Origin: Octopus bimaculoides
Taxonomy: Eukaryota
Direction of reading: 5' to 3'
NCBI RefSeq assembly: GCF_001194135.2
Contig: NC_069005.1
Location: 5,506,148 to 5,550,457, forward strand
Length of the DNA stretch: 44,310 nucleotides
Shown here piece after piece: positions 22,601 to 36,507 of the stretch. The notes beneath the pieces were generated by a model. The model worked only from the letters and a program-made list of their open reading frames with translations. It did no database searches and was not told the origin of the DNA. Numbering within the stretch: the first letter of the stretch is position 1; each line of letters begins with the position of its first letter. The translations under genes and the position numbers were made by a program.

Positions 22601-25372
22601 GTAACTTGAGCAGGTTGCGGAGAGGGATACCAATTGCATATGCTTTCTTTTTGTCAGGCGAGCTGGAAAGTCTATTGTACTGTGATGGGTGAAAGAGACA
22701 AACTGTACATTAGCTAAATACCAATGATGACGACAATACACACATCACATACTGTATTTACCTGTGCACAAGTCACACCTGTAATTTAGTGTTAATTCTT
22801 GGGATAAAGTTCTTCTCTTTGTAACTTTAGCTTTGCCCTGAGTATAAGTTGCACTCAAGTACAAAAAGTATAAGTAGCACTCGAGTTTCTTCTAGTACAA
22901 AATTGTGCAACTGATGTACAAGAAAATACAATGTATGTGTGTGTATATATATATATAGAGAGAGAGAGAGACAGAATAGATAGATAGAAAGATAGACATG
23001 TAATATACAGTGATACTTCGCAGTACGAGTTTAATTCATTCCTTGACCAAGCTCGTCTTATGATGTACTCGCTTTACAAATTAATTTTCCCCATTGAAAT
23101 TAACTAAAATATAATTAATCCGTTCCAGCCCCAACAAAACCACTCAAAAATAATTTTTTAGGGGTTTTAAAACAGAAAAGGTGTCGTTACAAGTAAAATG
23201 ACAATTATAAAGAAAGAGAATGCAAAAGAAATATGTAAATGGGTTTCATTAACTGAATTGCCTTAACGATGGGATAATTTGGGTGCTTGTACTGCGGATT
23301 TCTGCTCATACTTCAAGACAAAAATTCGCACAAGTCTCCACTCGTACTGCAAATTACTTGTACAATGGAGCACTCGTACTGCGAGGTTCTACTGTGTGTA
23401 TATATATATATACATATATATATATATACCAGAAAATAAACAGAAATATTGATTTCAAATTTTTGGCACAAGGCCAGCAATTCTGGGGGAGGGAAGGAGT
23501 TGATTACATCGACTCCTTAATGTTCAGTTGGTACTTATTTTGTCAACCCTGGAAGGATGAAATGCAAAACCGACCTCGGAGGAATTTGAACCGAGAACAT
23601 CGAGATGGATGAAATGCCAGTGAGCATTTTTCCACCAGCTCACCGCTTTACAAAGAAGCAAAAATATTACGAAATTGTCTATGAGCACATAATGGCACTC
23701 ACTCCAGCTTGGAAAGCAATTTAAGGAAAGATGTACATTTGTCAAAAGCAATGCAACAACAATAGAAAGATGCATCGATCCATTATGCTAGCATTGGAAA
23801 ATGGATGTTAAAAAAAAAAAACTTTCCCCAACTTCACTCAACTGTGCCACTGGGAAAGTAACTTAACTCCACTCGCTTCAGTATGCTAACCAGCAAACAG
23901 GCTTCACTCTGTCAGATTGAGTTAACCCTTTGGCAATCAGATTGTTCTGTCAAAAGCAATGCTTATATTATTCACATTGTTTTGATTTAATCATGGATTA
24001 TCTCATAGCTTCGAGATTTTAATGTGATTGATTGTTTTTAGAATGACATTTTAGGGTACATGTGAGAGGCCAGATCTGGCTGGTTTGAACATAAAACGGG
24101 TGGAATATTTGGGCCGGATATGGCCGGTTTAAACGCTAGAGGGTTAAGCAGAAGGAAAAGACTGCAAGTATACAGTTAATAGCTACAAGGAAATGAATCC
24201 TCCTCATCATCATCATCATCATTACCATTTTCATCATCGTTATCACTCTCATCATCATCATCATCAACAAGCAGGCACTGGATTGGCAGCATCGCACAAA
24301 GAGGCCTGCAGCATTCCTCTGGCTTTTTTCACTTCCAAGTTCAAAAGTCAACATTTGTCTTTCATCCTTTTGGGGTCAATAAAATATATCAGAAAACTAC
24401 TACAGCCAATACAACTGACTGTTCCTCTTCCCTTCCGAACCAGTTTCTTTTCCAGTAAATCATCATCATCATTATTATTATTATTATTATTGAGTGAGAG
24501 AGCAGTGCATGCCATCAAAGTGACACTGAGGTAAAATATACAAAGCCCAGTATACCCATCAGGACTACCCGTCTGATAAGGGTACACCAGGCACATGCAT
24601 CATGACCATATGTGCGCGTGACATGGTGATCTCATATCAAGATAAACAGTGCATGACCTTGCAGGTGGGGACCAGTTAGAATTTTCTTCAAGTCAAGTAG
24701 CCCAGCCTGTTCAAAAATTCCCTGAATAAGGGTTGTGTAAGGATGTTGAACAAAACATCCATGTTTCCAAAGGTGAATTATCCAAACCCCTCGGCAGAAT
24801 TTGAACTCAGAACGTAGTGACGGGTAAAATGCTCCTAAGCATTTTGTCTGCTGTGTTAATGATTCTGTCAGCTCTCCACCAAAATTTGAAACCATTATTA
24901 TTATTATTATTATTATTATTAAGGTGGTGAACTGGCTGAACCATTAGCATGCCAGGCAAAATGCTTAGCAGTATTTTGTCTGCCACTATGTTCTGAGTTC
25001 AAAGTTCCACCGAGGTCGACTTTGCCTTTCATCCTTTCGAGGTTGATAAACTAAGTACCAGCAAAACACTGGGGTCGATGTAATCGATTTAATCCCCTCC
25101 CCCAAACTGCCCTTGTGGCAAAAATTTGAAATCATTATTATTATTATTATTATTATTAAAGCAGCAAACTAGCAGAAACATTAGTTCATCAGGCAAAACA
25201 CTGAGCAGCATTTTGTTCATCTTTACATTGAGGTCAAATTCTGCCGAGGTCAACTTTGCTTTTCATCCATTCAGGGCTGATAAAATAATACCAGTGAAAC
25301 ACTGGGGTCAATGTAATCAACTAGTCCCATTCCCCCAAATTTCAAGCCTTGTGCCTATTAGCAGAAAGGATG

Positions 25373-25408
<36 letters not shown>

Positions 25409-28400
25409 GAGGAGGTCAGCTGGTAGAATTGTTAGAGTACTGGAAAAAATGTCTTGCGTCACGTTCCTGCTATTTTATGTTCTGACCTGCCAAGGTTGAC
25501 TTAGCCTTTCGTTCTTTCAGGGGTGTTGATAAAATAAAATACCAGTCAAGTACTGAGAGAGTGTGTGCATGTGTGTGTGTATGGGATGGGGGGTGTAATC
25601 AAATTCCCTCCTCCCCCTTTGCTCTTTCCTCATAATACTGACCTTTTGCCTGAATGAGATGATGATGATGATGACAATAATGATGACGGTGATGCTTATG
25701 ATGACCAGTGCTGACAACAATAATGATCACAACAAAAACGGGGGAGGGAGGAGGAGGTGGTGGTGGTGGTGATGGTAAATTGTTATGAAAGATGTTATGG
25801 TGTGGGGCTCCAGGCCCCATAATCATAATTTCAGCTCATATGACAAAGATGCTAAAACGTGATGTGAGGGATATTTGGCTGCTATTCCTAGCAAGTAAAG
25901 CAACCACATGGAAGGTCTCTCATCATCCCTCTATAGATGTTCGGGTTGCTTCAGAGCCTTTTTTTTTTTTCCTAATCTTTCTTTGTGCTGCACTCAGCTA
26001 TGTTGTAGGAGTGGAACTGGCTTTGTCAGTCAGATAGACTGAGTCAAACAGAGTTATATGCCCTTGATCACAACATCCTCAACATCATTGTTGTACATCC
26101 ATTTTTTTTCCATGCAGGAATGGGTTTGATGTTATGTATTGAGGTAAAATAATCCACAGCTGGATACTCTACCAGTCACCAACCCTGCTATCCTTGTTTC
26201 TCAAAGATAAGTGCAGGTGTGGTAAGAAGTTTGATTCTCAACCACATGGCTCTGAGTTCAATCGCACTGCGTGGTACTTTAGGCAAGTGTCTTCTACTAT
26301 AGCTGCAAGCTAACCAAGGCCTTGTGAGTGAATCTGATAGATGGAAACTGTAAGAAACCTATCAGGTGTGTGTGTATACATATATGTGTGTGTGTGGCCA
26401 ATGCCAGTGCCACCTGACTGGCACCCTTGTCGGTGGCACATAAAAAGCACCATCCAAGCATGGTCAATGCCAGTGCCGCCTGACTGGCTCCTGTGCCAGT
26501 GACATATATAAACACCCACTACACTCTTAGTGTGGTTTGACGTTAGGAAGGACATCCAGCTGTAGAAACACTGCCAGATCAGATTGGAGCCTGGTGCAGC
26601 CTCCTGGCTTGCCAGTCCTCAGTCAAATCATTCAACCCATGCCAGCATGGAAAGCAGACATTAAACAATGATGATGGTTGATGACATATATATATGTGTT
26701 ACTGGCTCCTTGCCTCGACATCATGTCACAGCTGTAAGCGAGTGTCACCATCATACAGGGTCCTTCATTCCCGATCTTTCATGAGAATACACGTCTGATC
26801 ATGGGGGAAATATTAACGTCACNNNNNNNNNNNNNNNNNNNNNNNNNNNNNNNNNNNNNNNNNNNNNNNNNNNNNNNNNNNNNNNNNNNNNNNNNNNNNN
26901 NNNNNNNNNNNNNNNNNNNNNNNNNNNNNNNNNNNNNNNNNNNNNNNNNNNNNNNNNNNNNNNNNNNNNNNNNNNNNNNNNNNNNNNNNNNNNNNNNNNN
27001 NNNNNNNNNNNNNNNNNNNNNNNNNNNNNNNNNNNNNNNNNNNNNNNNNNNNNNNNNNNNNNNNNNNNNNNNNNNNNNNNNNNNNNNNNNNNNNNNNNNN
27101 NNNNNNNNNNNNNNNNNNNNNNNNNNNNNNNNNNNNGGAAGAGGACTAACAAAGTGGGGTGAAAAGGAAGTAATGTGCCTGGGTGGAGGGAAAAGTAGCG
27201 AGGAAGAAGAGGAGGATGAGGGAGAAAAACTGTGCCTTGGTGGAGGAGGGTAACAGGGTTTGAACTCATGGCCATCTATATTGCAATAAAAAAAAAATAT
27301 TAAAAAAAAAATTGGGAAAAAAAAAATCTGCTAAACAATACAAATGACACAGTTACACACAAGACAATGAGTAAGCCCCTTACATGGTCAACTTGCCCTG
27401 CAAGAAATAGAAGTCAAATCCTCTTCAAATTACACTCAACTGTCTTAAGTAAAAAAAAAAAAAAAAAAGAGACAGATTAGAGAATGTGATCCTAGGGAAA
27501 AGGATGGAATATCTGTGATCGTAGGAGGTCCCTGACTTACTCCTCTCAAGGCTGACCAGGGGCTGAGACAACAACGAACAATGCAGGCAGGTACGTGATT
27601 ACAAAAGGACTACATTTACCGATGTCGACAAATTGGATGTGGGTGTTTTCGCTTGTTTCTTCGGAGTTTTGATACAATAACCAGATTCTTCTTCTTCATT
27701 GTAAAACCGAGAGTTTTTCTTCCGTATTCTCTGAGGCTACAAAATAATTTACAAACAACATTTTCATGGCTTGTGTGTTTGTTTTAATTTTTTAATTTAA
27801 TTCTACCCTTTAACCATTTCTTCAACAATATATTTCTTAAAAAAAAAAAAAATTCTCTTTTGTTCATTTATTTCAGTTACTGGACTGTGACCAGAATGGG
27901 GCACCACTGCCACCACAGGTTTTTTTTTTTTTCTTGGGAGCATTTCTTTGCTCTATTCATTAAGTCCCTTATACCAAACCTGGTACCTTCTCTGGTATAT
28001 ATTTTATCTATCTGATAAGAAATGAAAGGCAAGTCATCACTGGCTTAAAAGGAAGTCAGAACTCAATACTTTGAAGCCCCAAATTCCTTCATACTGCCCC
28101 TACACGCACACACAAAGGGTGCCAGTATAATAAGTACCGCATTTAAAACCAGAAATAAAAGAAAAGCAAATATTTAAGAACAAAAGAGAAACGGTAAAGT
28201 ACAAACAGAAAATACTGGAAACATTTCGACTTCTTTTTTTTAAGGATTTCTTAACACAAATTTTTTGTCGTATTTCATTTTGCTTTTCAATTAATTTTAG
28301 CTGGAAATGTGGTAATTACTTTAAATATATCCAATGTATGCAAGTGTATATGTGTGTATGTATATGTGCATGTGTGCATATATATGTATAAGTGTGTGCA

Positions 28401-28451
28401 TATATATGTATGCATATGTGCGTGTGTGCATATATATGCATGTATATATGC

Positions 28452-28510
<59 letters not shown>

Positions 28511-29123
28511 ATGGTCTTCTTTCAGCTTCTGGCTACCAAATCCACTCACAAGGCTTTGGTCAGCCTGAGGCTATATTAGAAGACACTTGCCCAAGGTGCC
28601 ACACAGTGAGACAGAACCCGGAACCATGTGGTTGGGCAGCAAGCTTCTTACCACATGCATCCCCCTAAAATAATCCAGGTTTTAGATCTGGCCCAGATAT
28701 TAGAAAGGTTGTGAACCCCTGCTCTAAACNNNNNNNNNNNNNNNNNNNNNNNNNNNNNNNNNNNNNNNNNNNNNNNNNNNNNNNNNNNNNNNNNNNNNNN
28801 NNNNNNNNNNNNNNNNNNNNNNNNNNNNNNNNNNNNNNNNNNNNNNNNNNNNNNNNNNNNNNNNNNNNNNNNNNNNNNNNNNNNNNNNNNNNNNNNNNNN
28901 NNNNNNNNNNNNNNNNNNNNNNNNNNNNNNNNNNNNNNNNNNNNNNNNNNNNNNNNNNNNNNNNNNNNNNNNNNNNNNNNNNNNNTTCCTCGTCGAGGAG
29001 GCGTCCTGTAGCAGCCTTTGCCTGGAAAATTGGAAACAAAATGAGAAGAAAAAGGTAATGACTTCATAAACAATACAAGCAAAAGGAATGTTTTACATTC
29101 TGCAGTGATCTTGTGATTAAGGA

Positions 29124-29155
<32 letters not shown>

Positions 29156-30687
29156 GGTTGTTCTGAAAATAGTGGCCGATTTCAGAATTCTGGAAAAATC
29201 AACACAAGGGGCTAAGCATTGAGGGGACAAACAAGGAGGGACAAAGGGATTAAGTCGATTACATCGACCCCAGTGCGTAACTGGTACTTAATTTATTGAC
29301 CCCAAAAGGATAAAAGGTAAAGTTGACCGTGGCGGAATTTGAACTCAGAACATAAAGACAGATGGAAATGCCACTAAGCATTTTGCCTGGCTTCGTAACG
29401 ATTCTGCCAGCTCGCCACCCTGATAATAATAATTTCTTTTATTTGCCACAAGGGTATCAGAATGAGCAGGACATTACAGAGACAGTTTACATATAGAAAG
29501 GGAGAAGATGGAGATAAGACCAGAAAAAAATTTTTAAAGTGGGGAAAAATTTAAATGAATGAAATGTGTTTAATATTTACCCTCTTTTAGGCTAACTAAA
29601 GCCTTCGCCGAGGAACCTGGGAAAAGAGAAAAAGAGGGAGAAAATAAATAATAAAATTAGAAATGAAAGAACAGCAACAAAATACAGAAACACTAGAGAA
29701 GTTTGCTCACAATACCATTTCTGCAAAATTTCCTGAAGAAGGGCTCCTATCCTCAAAGTATTGAAATAAAAGGTAGATATACAAACCATACACAACGGTA
29801 AATATACAAACCACCATTTCTTGAGAAAATTCAAATCTAGTTGAGGATTGAACTCACAACAGCCAGATGTCAAAGTAGATAGAGACCTCCTTCGGTTATG
29901 AATGACCATGGGATTGCACCTAGAAAGTTACCCTCTGAGGTACAAGCCCAGGCAAGGTTGTTTATAGAAGACCAGCAGTTACCCATGCATACCAGCACCC
30001 ACCTTCCATGCCACCGAAGTTATCCATGAGGAAGGCAAAGGGGCCGATACACCTCCACACCAGTGATGTCGCAACTCATTTCTACAACTGAATGAACTGG
30101 AGCAACATGAAATAAAGCGTCTTGCTCAAGAACACAACACAGCCTGGTCTGGAAATCGAACTCACTACCTCATGATTTTGAGCCTGACACCCTTACCACT
30201 GAGCCATGCGCCTTCACTTTTTTTTTCTTTTTTCAAAGTAGATACTGTTGTTGAAAATAAAGACATCAATCAATGAATTAACTGCTCCACCCCCTTCCCA
30301 TCCCCACTCCCAAACAATCAGTCACCTTCATATCAATATCACCTGTGCTCTAAATAATAGGGACAGGAGGCCCGCTATATAATTGCGCTTATACTAAAAT
30401 AACTGGGGGGGAGTTTGTAAAGTTAATTCTGCGAAAGGAACAGCTGTTAAGCTATTGCAACTGTACAGTAAGATAGGAGTCAGTCAGTCAATTACTGTAC
30501 AGTGTGTAATAAGTAGGTCAGTACATGACCACAGGAAATATTCAGTGAAGGGGGTGGGGGAGGGTAACAAATAAATACAGATTTTGTATCAGGTTAAACT
30601 AAACATATAATAAATGATACATATATACATAGATACATATAAATATGATATACATACATATAAATATGATACATATAAACATATATG

Positions 30688-30765
<78 letters not shown>

Positions 30766-33700
30766 GTATGGGTGTGTGTGTGTGTGTGTGTACATGAATG
30801 AGATATTTAAGTTACCAAGAAAAGCAAGTGTGTGTGTGTGTGTGCATGTAGATGTATGTATATCACATGATCACATGACCGACCAGACTATCACGTTATA
30901 CATCACTGCTCACAATGCACTTTGCATCATTTTAGACTTTGAATGGTACTACCCTGCTGGCTAGATGCAGGGTGTTAGGAAGGGCATCCAGCTATAAGAC
31001 TCATGCCAAAACAGACACAGAAGCCTGGTGTAGTCTTCTACCTGACTGGCCTCTGTCAAACTGTCCAACCCATGCCAACATGGAAGGTAGACGTTAAATG
31101 ATGATGATGATGATCAAAGCAAAGACAATTTGTTGATGTGTGACAACAACCCAACCTTCACCTGAAAGGATTTTCATACAATGTAAATGTAAATAAGCAC
31201 ACACACACACGTGATCGTTTCCAGGGCTGCTGACCGGCTCCTGCTCTGGTGGCACATAAAAAGCCGGTGGCACGTGAAAAGCAACATTCGAGCAAGGTCG
31301 TTACCAGTGCCACTGAACTGGCTCCTGTGCAGGTGGCACATAAAAAACACCATTTAAGCATGGCCGTCGCCAGTACCGCCTGACTGGCCCTTGTGCCGGC
31401 GGAACGTAAAAGCACCCACTACACTCTCGGAGTCGTTGGCACTAGGAAGGGCATCCAGCTGTAGAAACTCTGCCAGATCAGATTGGAGCCTGGTGCAGCC
31501 ATCTGACTCGCCAGTCCTCAGTCAAACCGTCCAACCCATGCTAGCATGGAAAGCCAACGCTAACCAAAGATGATGATGATATATACACACACATTTGAAG
31601 CAGCATCTTTGTGGTTGGGTGCTCTTCCTATCACCACCATTTAATTATTTTTCAAATAAGGCAATTTTTTCCCCTGTGCTCACAAGTTTTCCAAAGTGCA
31701 AATCAACCAGTTGTAATATCAACAAGCAATGTAAACATCATACCAACATTTCGCTCAAATAGTCATAAGCAAGACCAAGGAAAATACTGGTTAGGGTGAG
31801 TAAGTTTGCAAGAGCATGAAAGGAGGAAATGGAGGCAGAGGAAGAAGAATTTAGTGAGTGGTGATGTGCAAAATGGGCTTCCTACAGTTTCCATCTATGA
31901 AACTCACTAATAAGAAATTGGTCAGCCTGCAGCTGTAGTTATAGTTGGTACCATTACAATTCCACACACTGTAAAAATGACTGACAAGCAAACAGGTAAA
32001 CAGACGTGTGATTGTACGAAGAGCACTTCAAACGTAATTAGTAGCGACTTCTCTTGAAAAATCAACAAAATTTGGCATTGTGCTGTTATCAAGTACCTGC
32101 AGAGAAAGGGGCTGACCTCCAAGGACATAGTTGCTACATTAAGAGATGACACTCCAACTTTATCAACAGTGCAAAAGGGGGCAGATAAATTTAGGAAGAG
32201 AAGGGAGAGTTTTGAAGATGACTCAAGGTTGGAATGTACTGCAACTGCCACCTATGAGGAAAACATCGATTGTGTTCACCACCTGCTGATGGATGACAGG
32301 TAATTAACTGTAAATCAAACAGCCAATGCTATCAGCATATCTCATGAGAGAGTTGAGAATGTTTTGCACAGTGAACTTGACATGATGAAGGTTTCTGCTT
32401 GGTGGGCACCACATTTTCTGACAACTGAAAGTGCACCAGACTGGTCACATCACAAGAAAATTTAACATTGTTTGAAGCAAATCCAGCTGGTTTCCTTGAA
32501 TGTTTCCTAACCCCAGAAGGGTAAGTGTTGGCTTCATCATTCTGAGCCAGAAACAAAGAGACAATCCATGCGGCAGAAAAAAACCCACTCCTCACCTGCT
32601 CCTAACAAGTCCAAGGTTGTTTCGTCTACAGTAATCCCTCGCCTCTCACGGATGTCACATTCCAAAACCCCATCAATAGGTGTAAATCCACGAGGTAGAA
32701 ACAGTACTGTACTGTATATTTTTTTTTATTATTATTTTTATAATCTGTATATATCTATTTTATTATTTTTATATATTTGAGCTTTTATAAACTCTATCCA
32801 CATTCTTAGGAGTACCTGTGTCTTCTCTTCTTTTGCCTCCCAAATTTCGTTTTCCATACAGTATGGGCGATTCTTTGGTTACACATCTACGTATTTTCTT
32901 TTAATATATTTCAATTAATGTGTTATACAGTGCACTATTGTATTGTATTTTTATTTATTAATTTATTAATTTCTAGGCATAAAAATGATTATTTTATTTA
33001 CCACAGAAATAATTAAAATCTAAAAAAATATAAATACCCATCAGCCACAGTAACCCGAGATAAACCGAGGAGTCTGCAATATAAATTTACATATATTAGC
33101 TACACTCTACACTATGAGTGGTTGGCGTTAGGAAGGGCATCCAGCTGTAGAAACTCTGCCAAATTTAGATTGGAGCCTGGTGTTGCCATCCGGTTTCACC
33201 AGTCCTCAGTCAAATCGTCCAACCCATGCTAGCATGGAAAGCGGACGTTAAACGATGATGATGATGATGATGATTAGCCAGAAAAATCCGTGATGTACTG
33301 AAGGCATGATAGGTGGACCGCGATATGGCAAGGGATTACTGTATAAGGAAAGTGATGGCCTAAGATTTTGGGGACACAAAAGGCATTGTTTATTGACTAG
33401 CTTCAAAAGGACCATACCATCAATGATGGTATGGTCATGTCAACTTACTGAAGCAGTTATGAAAGTCTATCAAGATCAAATGCCTGGGAAAACTGGTGAA
33501 AGGGGTCTTGTTTCATCAACACAATGCTCCAGCACACAAGTCCTTGCTGTCAATGGCTGTTGTATGTGATGACAGCTTTGAACTGGTTTGTGTAGCGGGT
33601 GCTTTTACGCGCCACCGGCATGAGGGCCAAGCAGGCGGTACTGGCAACAGCAACGCTCAAATGGCGTTTTTACCCGTCGCCTGCACAGGAGCCAGTCCAG

Positions 33701-35035
33701 CGTCACTGGCAATGCCCTCGCTCGAATGTTGTTTTCCACGTACCACCGGCACAAGTGTCAGTAAGACAACGCTGGTAACGATTATGCTTGAATGGTGCTT
33801 TTTACGTGCCACCGGCACGGGGGCCAGTCAGCAGCTCTGACAACGATCACGCTCGGATGGTGATATATATATAATGTGAAGGTGTTTTGGGCTGTGTTCT
33901 TGAGCAAGACACTTTATTTCACGTTGCTCCAGTTCACTCAGCTATAGAAATGAGTTGTGATGTCACTGGTGCCAAACTGTATCCGCCATTGCCTCTCAAT
34001 TGGATAACATCAGTGGCATGAAGAAGGGAGGTTGGTATGCATGGGTAACTGCTGGTCTTCCATAAACAACCTTGGCCAAACTTGTTCCTCAGAGGGTAAC
34101 TTTCTAGGTGCAATCCCATGGTCATTCATGACCAAAGGGTGTCATATATATATATATATGTACACATACTTATGCATCAAGAGGTGCTGATCTCTAATGG
34201 TAGAGGGGACATGTGGAAGGGGTGAACCCAGGAAGACATGGGACGATGTGGTGAGAAAGGATCTACAAACACTGGGACTCACAGAGAGGATGGTAGGGGG
34301 CCCGAGACCCCTAGTGGTTTTCTGGGCTTGAACAAAAAAGAAATCAAGCTAAGTAAAAGTGTGGTCAGCATACATACATATATACACACACATATGTATC
34401 ATATATTACATCTATACATCATAATATATTGTAGAGTGGTTGGTGTTAGGAAGGACATCCAGCTGTAAAAGCCCTGCCAAAACAGAGTAGCCTAGGGTAG
34501 AGTTTTCTACCTGGCCAGATCCTGTGAACCATCCTACCCATGCATGCCTGGAAGATGGGTGTCAAACAGTGATGATGATATATGCGTGTGTGTGTGTGTG
34601 TGTGTGATATACCATGAATATATTATATATACACATACAAGTATATTAATGGTCCACCAAGGCTTGCCCACAACGACAAAAACAAATTATGTAACCAGTT
34701 GTGTACGGTGAAAGAGAAATCAAGATCTGTCTAATTCTCCAATACACACACAAACATATATATGCTGAACAAAAGAGCCTTTATGTAATCATTGTACATG
34801 CTAGAAATAACAGCCAAGTCTCTTGCAAAACACACTTTGCCTTATTAAAGGAAGGATACTGGATAAGTGTAGTCTTTGAACCACTGTGTCTGAAATAGAA
34901 TAAAAGGCTGAACTGAAACGGTCACGGCCGGGTAGCTTTTGATAACGGTTTCATGGTTCAGTAGATATGTAAGTAGATTGAACATATACACACATATAAT
35001 GTATAGATTAAATACACAAACATATATGGATATAA

Positions 35036-35092
<57 letters not shown>

Positions 35093-35673
35093 AACACACA
35101 AGTATACATGTGTATAAACACACACACACACACACACATTATATATATATATATATATATATTTTAAGTATTCACATTAAGATCGTGAGCAAGCGAGCCT
35201 CCTGTACGATTTAAAAGGCTGAGGGGTGGTGGTGCTCTTGAAAGGAAATCAATCAACATGCAATACCGATTCTAAATATAGACCGAAATTATATCAGAAT
35301 TAAAGGGGAGGGGTTTGCGCAAACAGGGGCAACTGTGCCACGGTGCTTGTTGTTGTTGTTGTGTGGGGCATCAAATAACTTTTACCCTAAATAGGAGATA
35401 ACGGTTTGGCTTAGGAATCAAAAAGGAGGTGGGGAGAGAAGGGGTAAGAGGAATGTGACTGATTTTGGGACCCAGGTTCAAAGAAGGACACTTGGGATTT
35501 CATGATTTCACAGCCCGAGAGGAGAGAATAACGCTGAAGTGACATTGATGCCTTCCTCAGATCAACCAGAAAATTTATGTGGAATGATGTAAACACAACC
35601 AAAGAGAAAGGGTGGAAAGAAGAGGCTTTGGACTTGGGTCCGGGTCCAAAGTGTATACATACATGCATATACA

Positions 35674-35705
<32 letters not shown>

Positions 35706-35943
35706 ATTATATATACCCACACACACACATAGATGCGGTGGGAGGGGCGATACTTGAAGGGGTTTAGTAAGATTAACATTAGGCAAGGGTTATATATAAA
35801 CAATAATTAATTAAACAAAATTGATTACACAGCTGACGGAAAGGCATTACGGGAATGAATTTACTAATTAATGCGAGATTAGACAGACAAGTCACATCGG
35901 TGAGCCCTGTAAAGCCGTGACGAGACTGACGTGTGTATATATG

Positions 35944-36007
<64 letters not shown>

Positions 36008-36454
36008 TCACACACACACACAAACGTATATGATGAAATGTTAGATATAAAATACAAACATTCTCTCTGGAAGGAGAATGTAATTTCAAAAAAATATCTA
36101 GTGAAGTCTGACATAGTACAACAAATATAATCTATAAATAAATAAAAAAAAAAGCACTCCTATAAGGTGTGGAGGTCTATATAATTGCGTGCGTATATGT
36201 GTGCGATTGATAGCTTTGCATGTATGTATATAGATACGTAGATAACTACATCGAGATATGTATATGTGTATGTATATATATATATACACAGGCCAGAAAA
36301 AAGAGGCAATTACGGAATGGTATCATGAGAAATGTGTATACCGTTGGAAACTAACAAGGAAGACGAAGATATTGCGATAATTAAAGATATTATGCACCAC
36401 CCCAAAAGGTATCGAGAACTCTACAAAGCAGTCACGAATTATATACACACACAC

Positions 36455-36507
<53 letters not shown>

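Noticed and set aside
35411-35803. 130-aa minus-strand ORF in LIN9 intron 1 as a possible exon 2
   Set aside because: No phase-compatible open exon with a good donor; the true exon 2 was found at 29581-29616.
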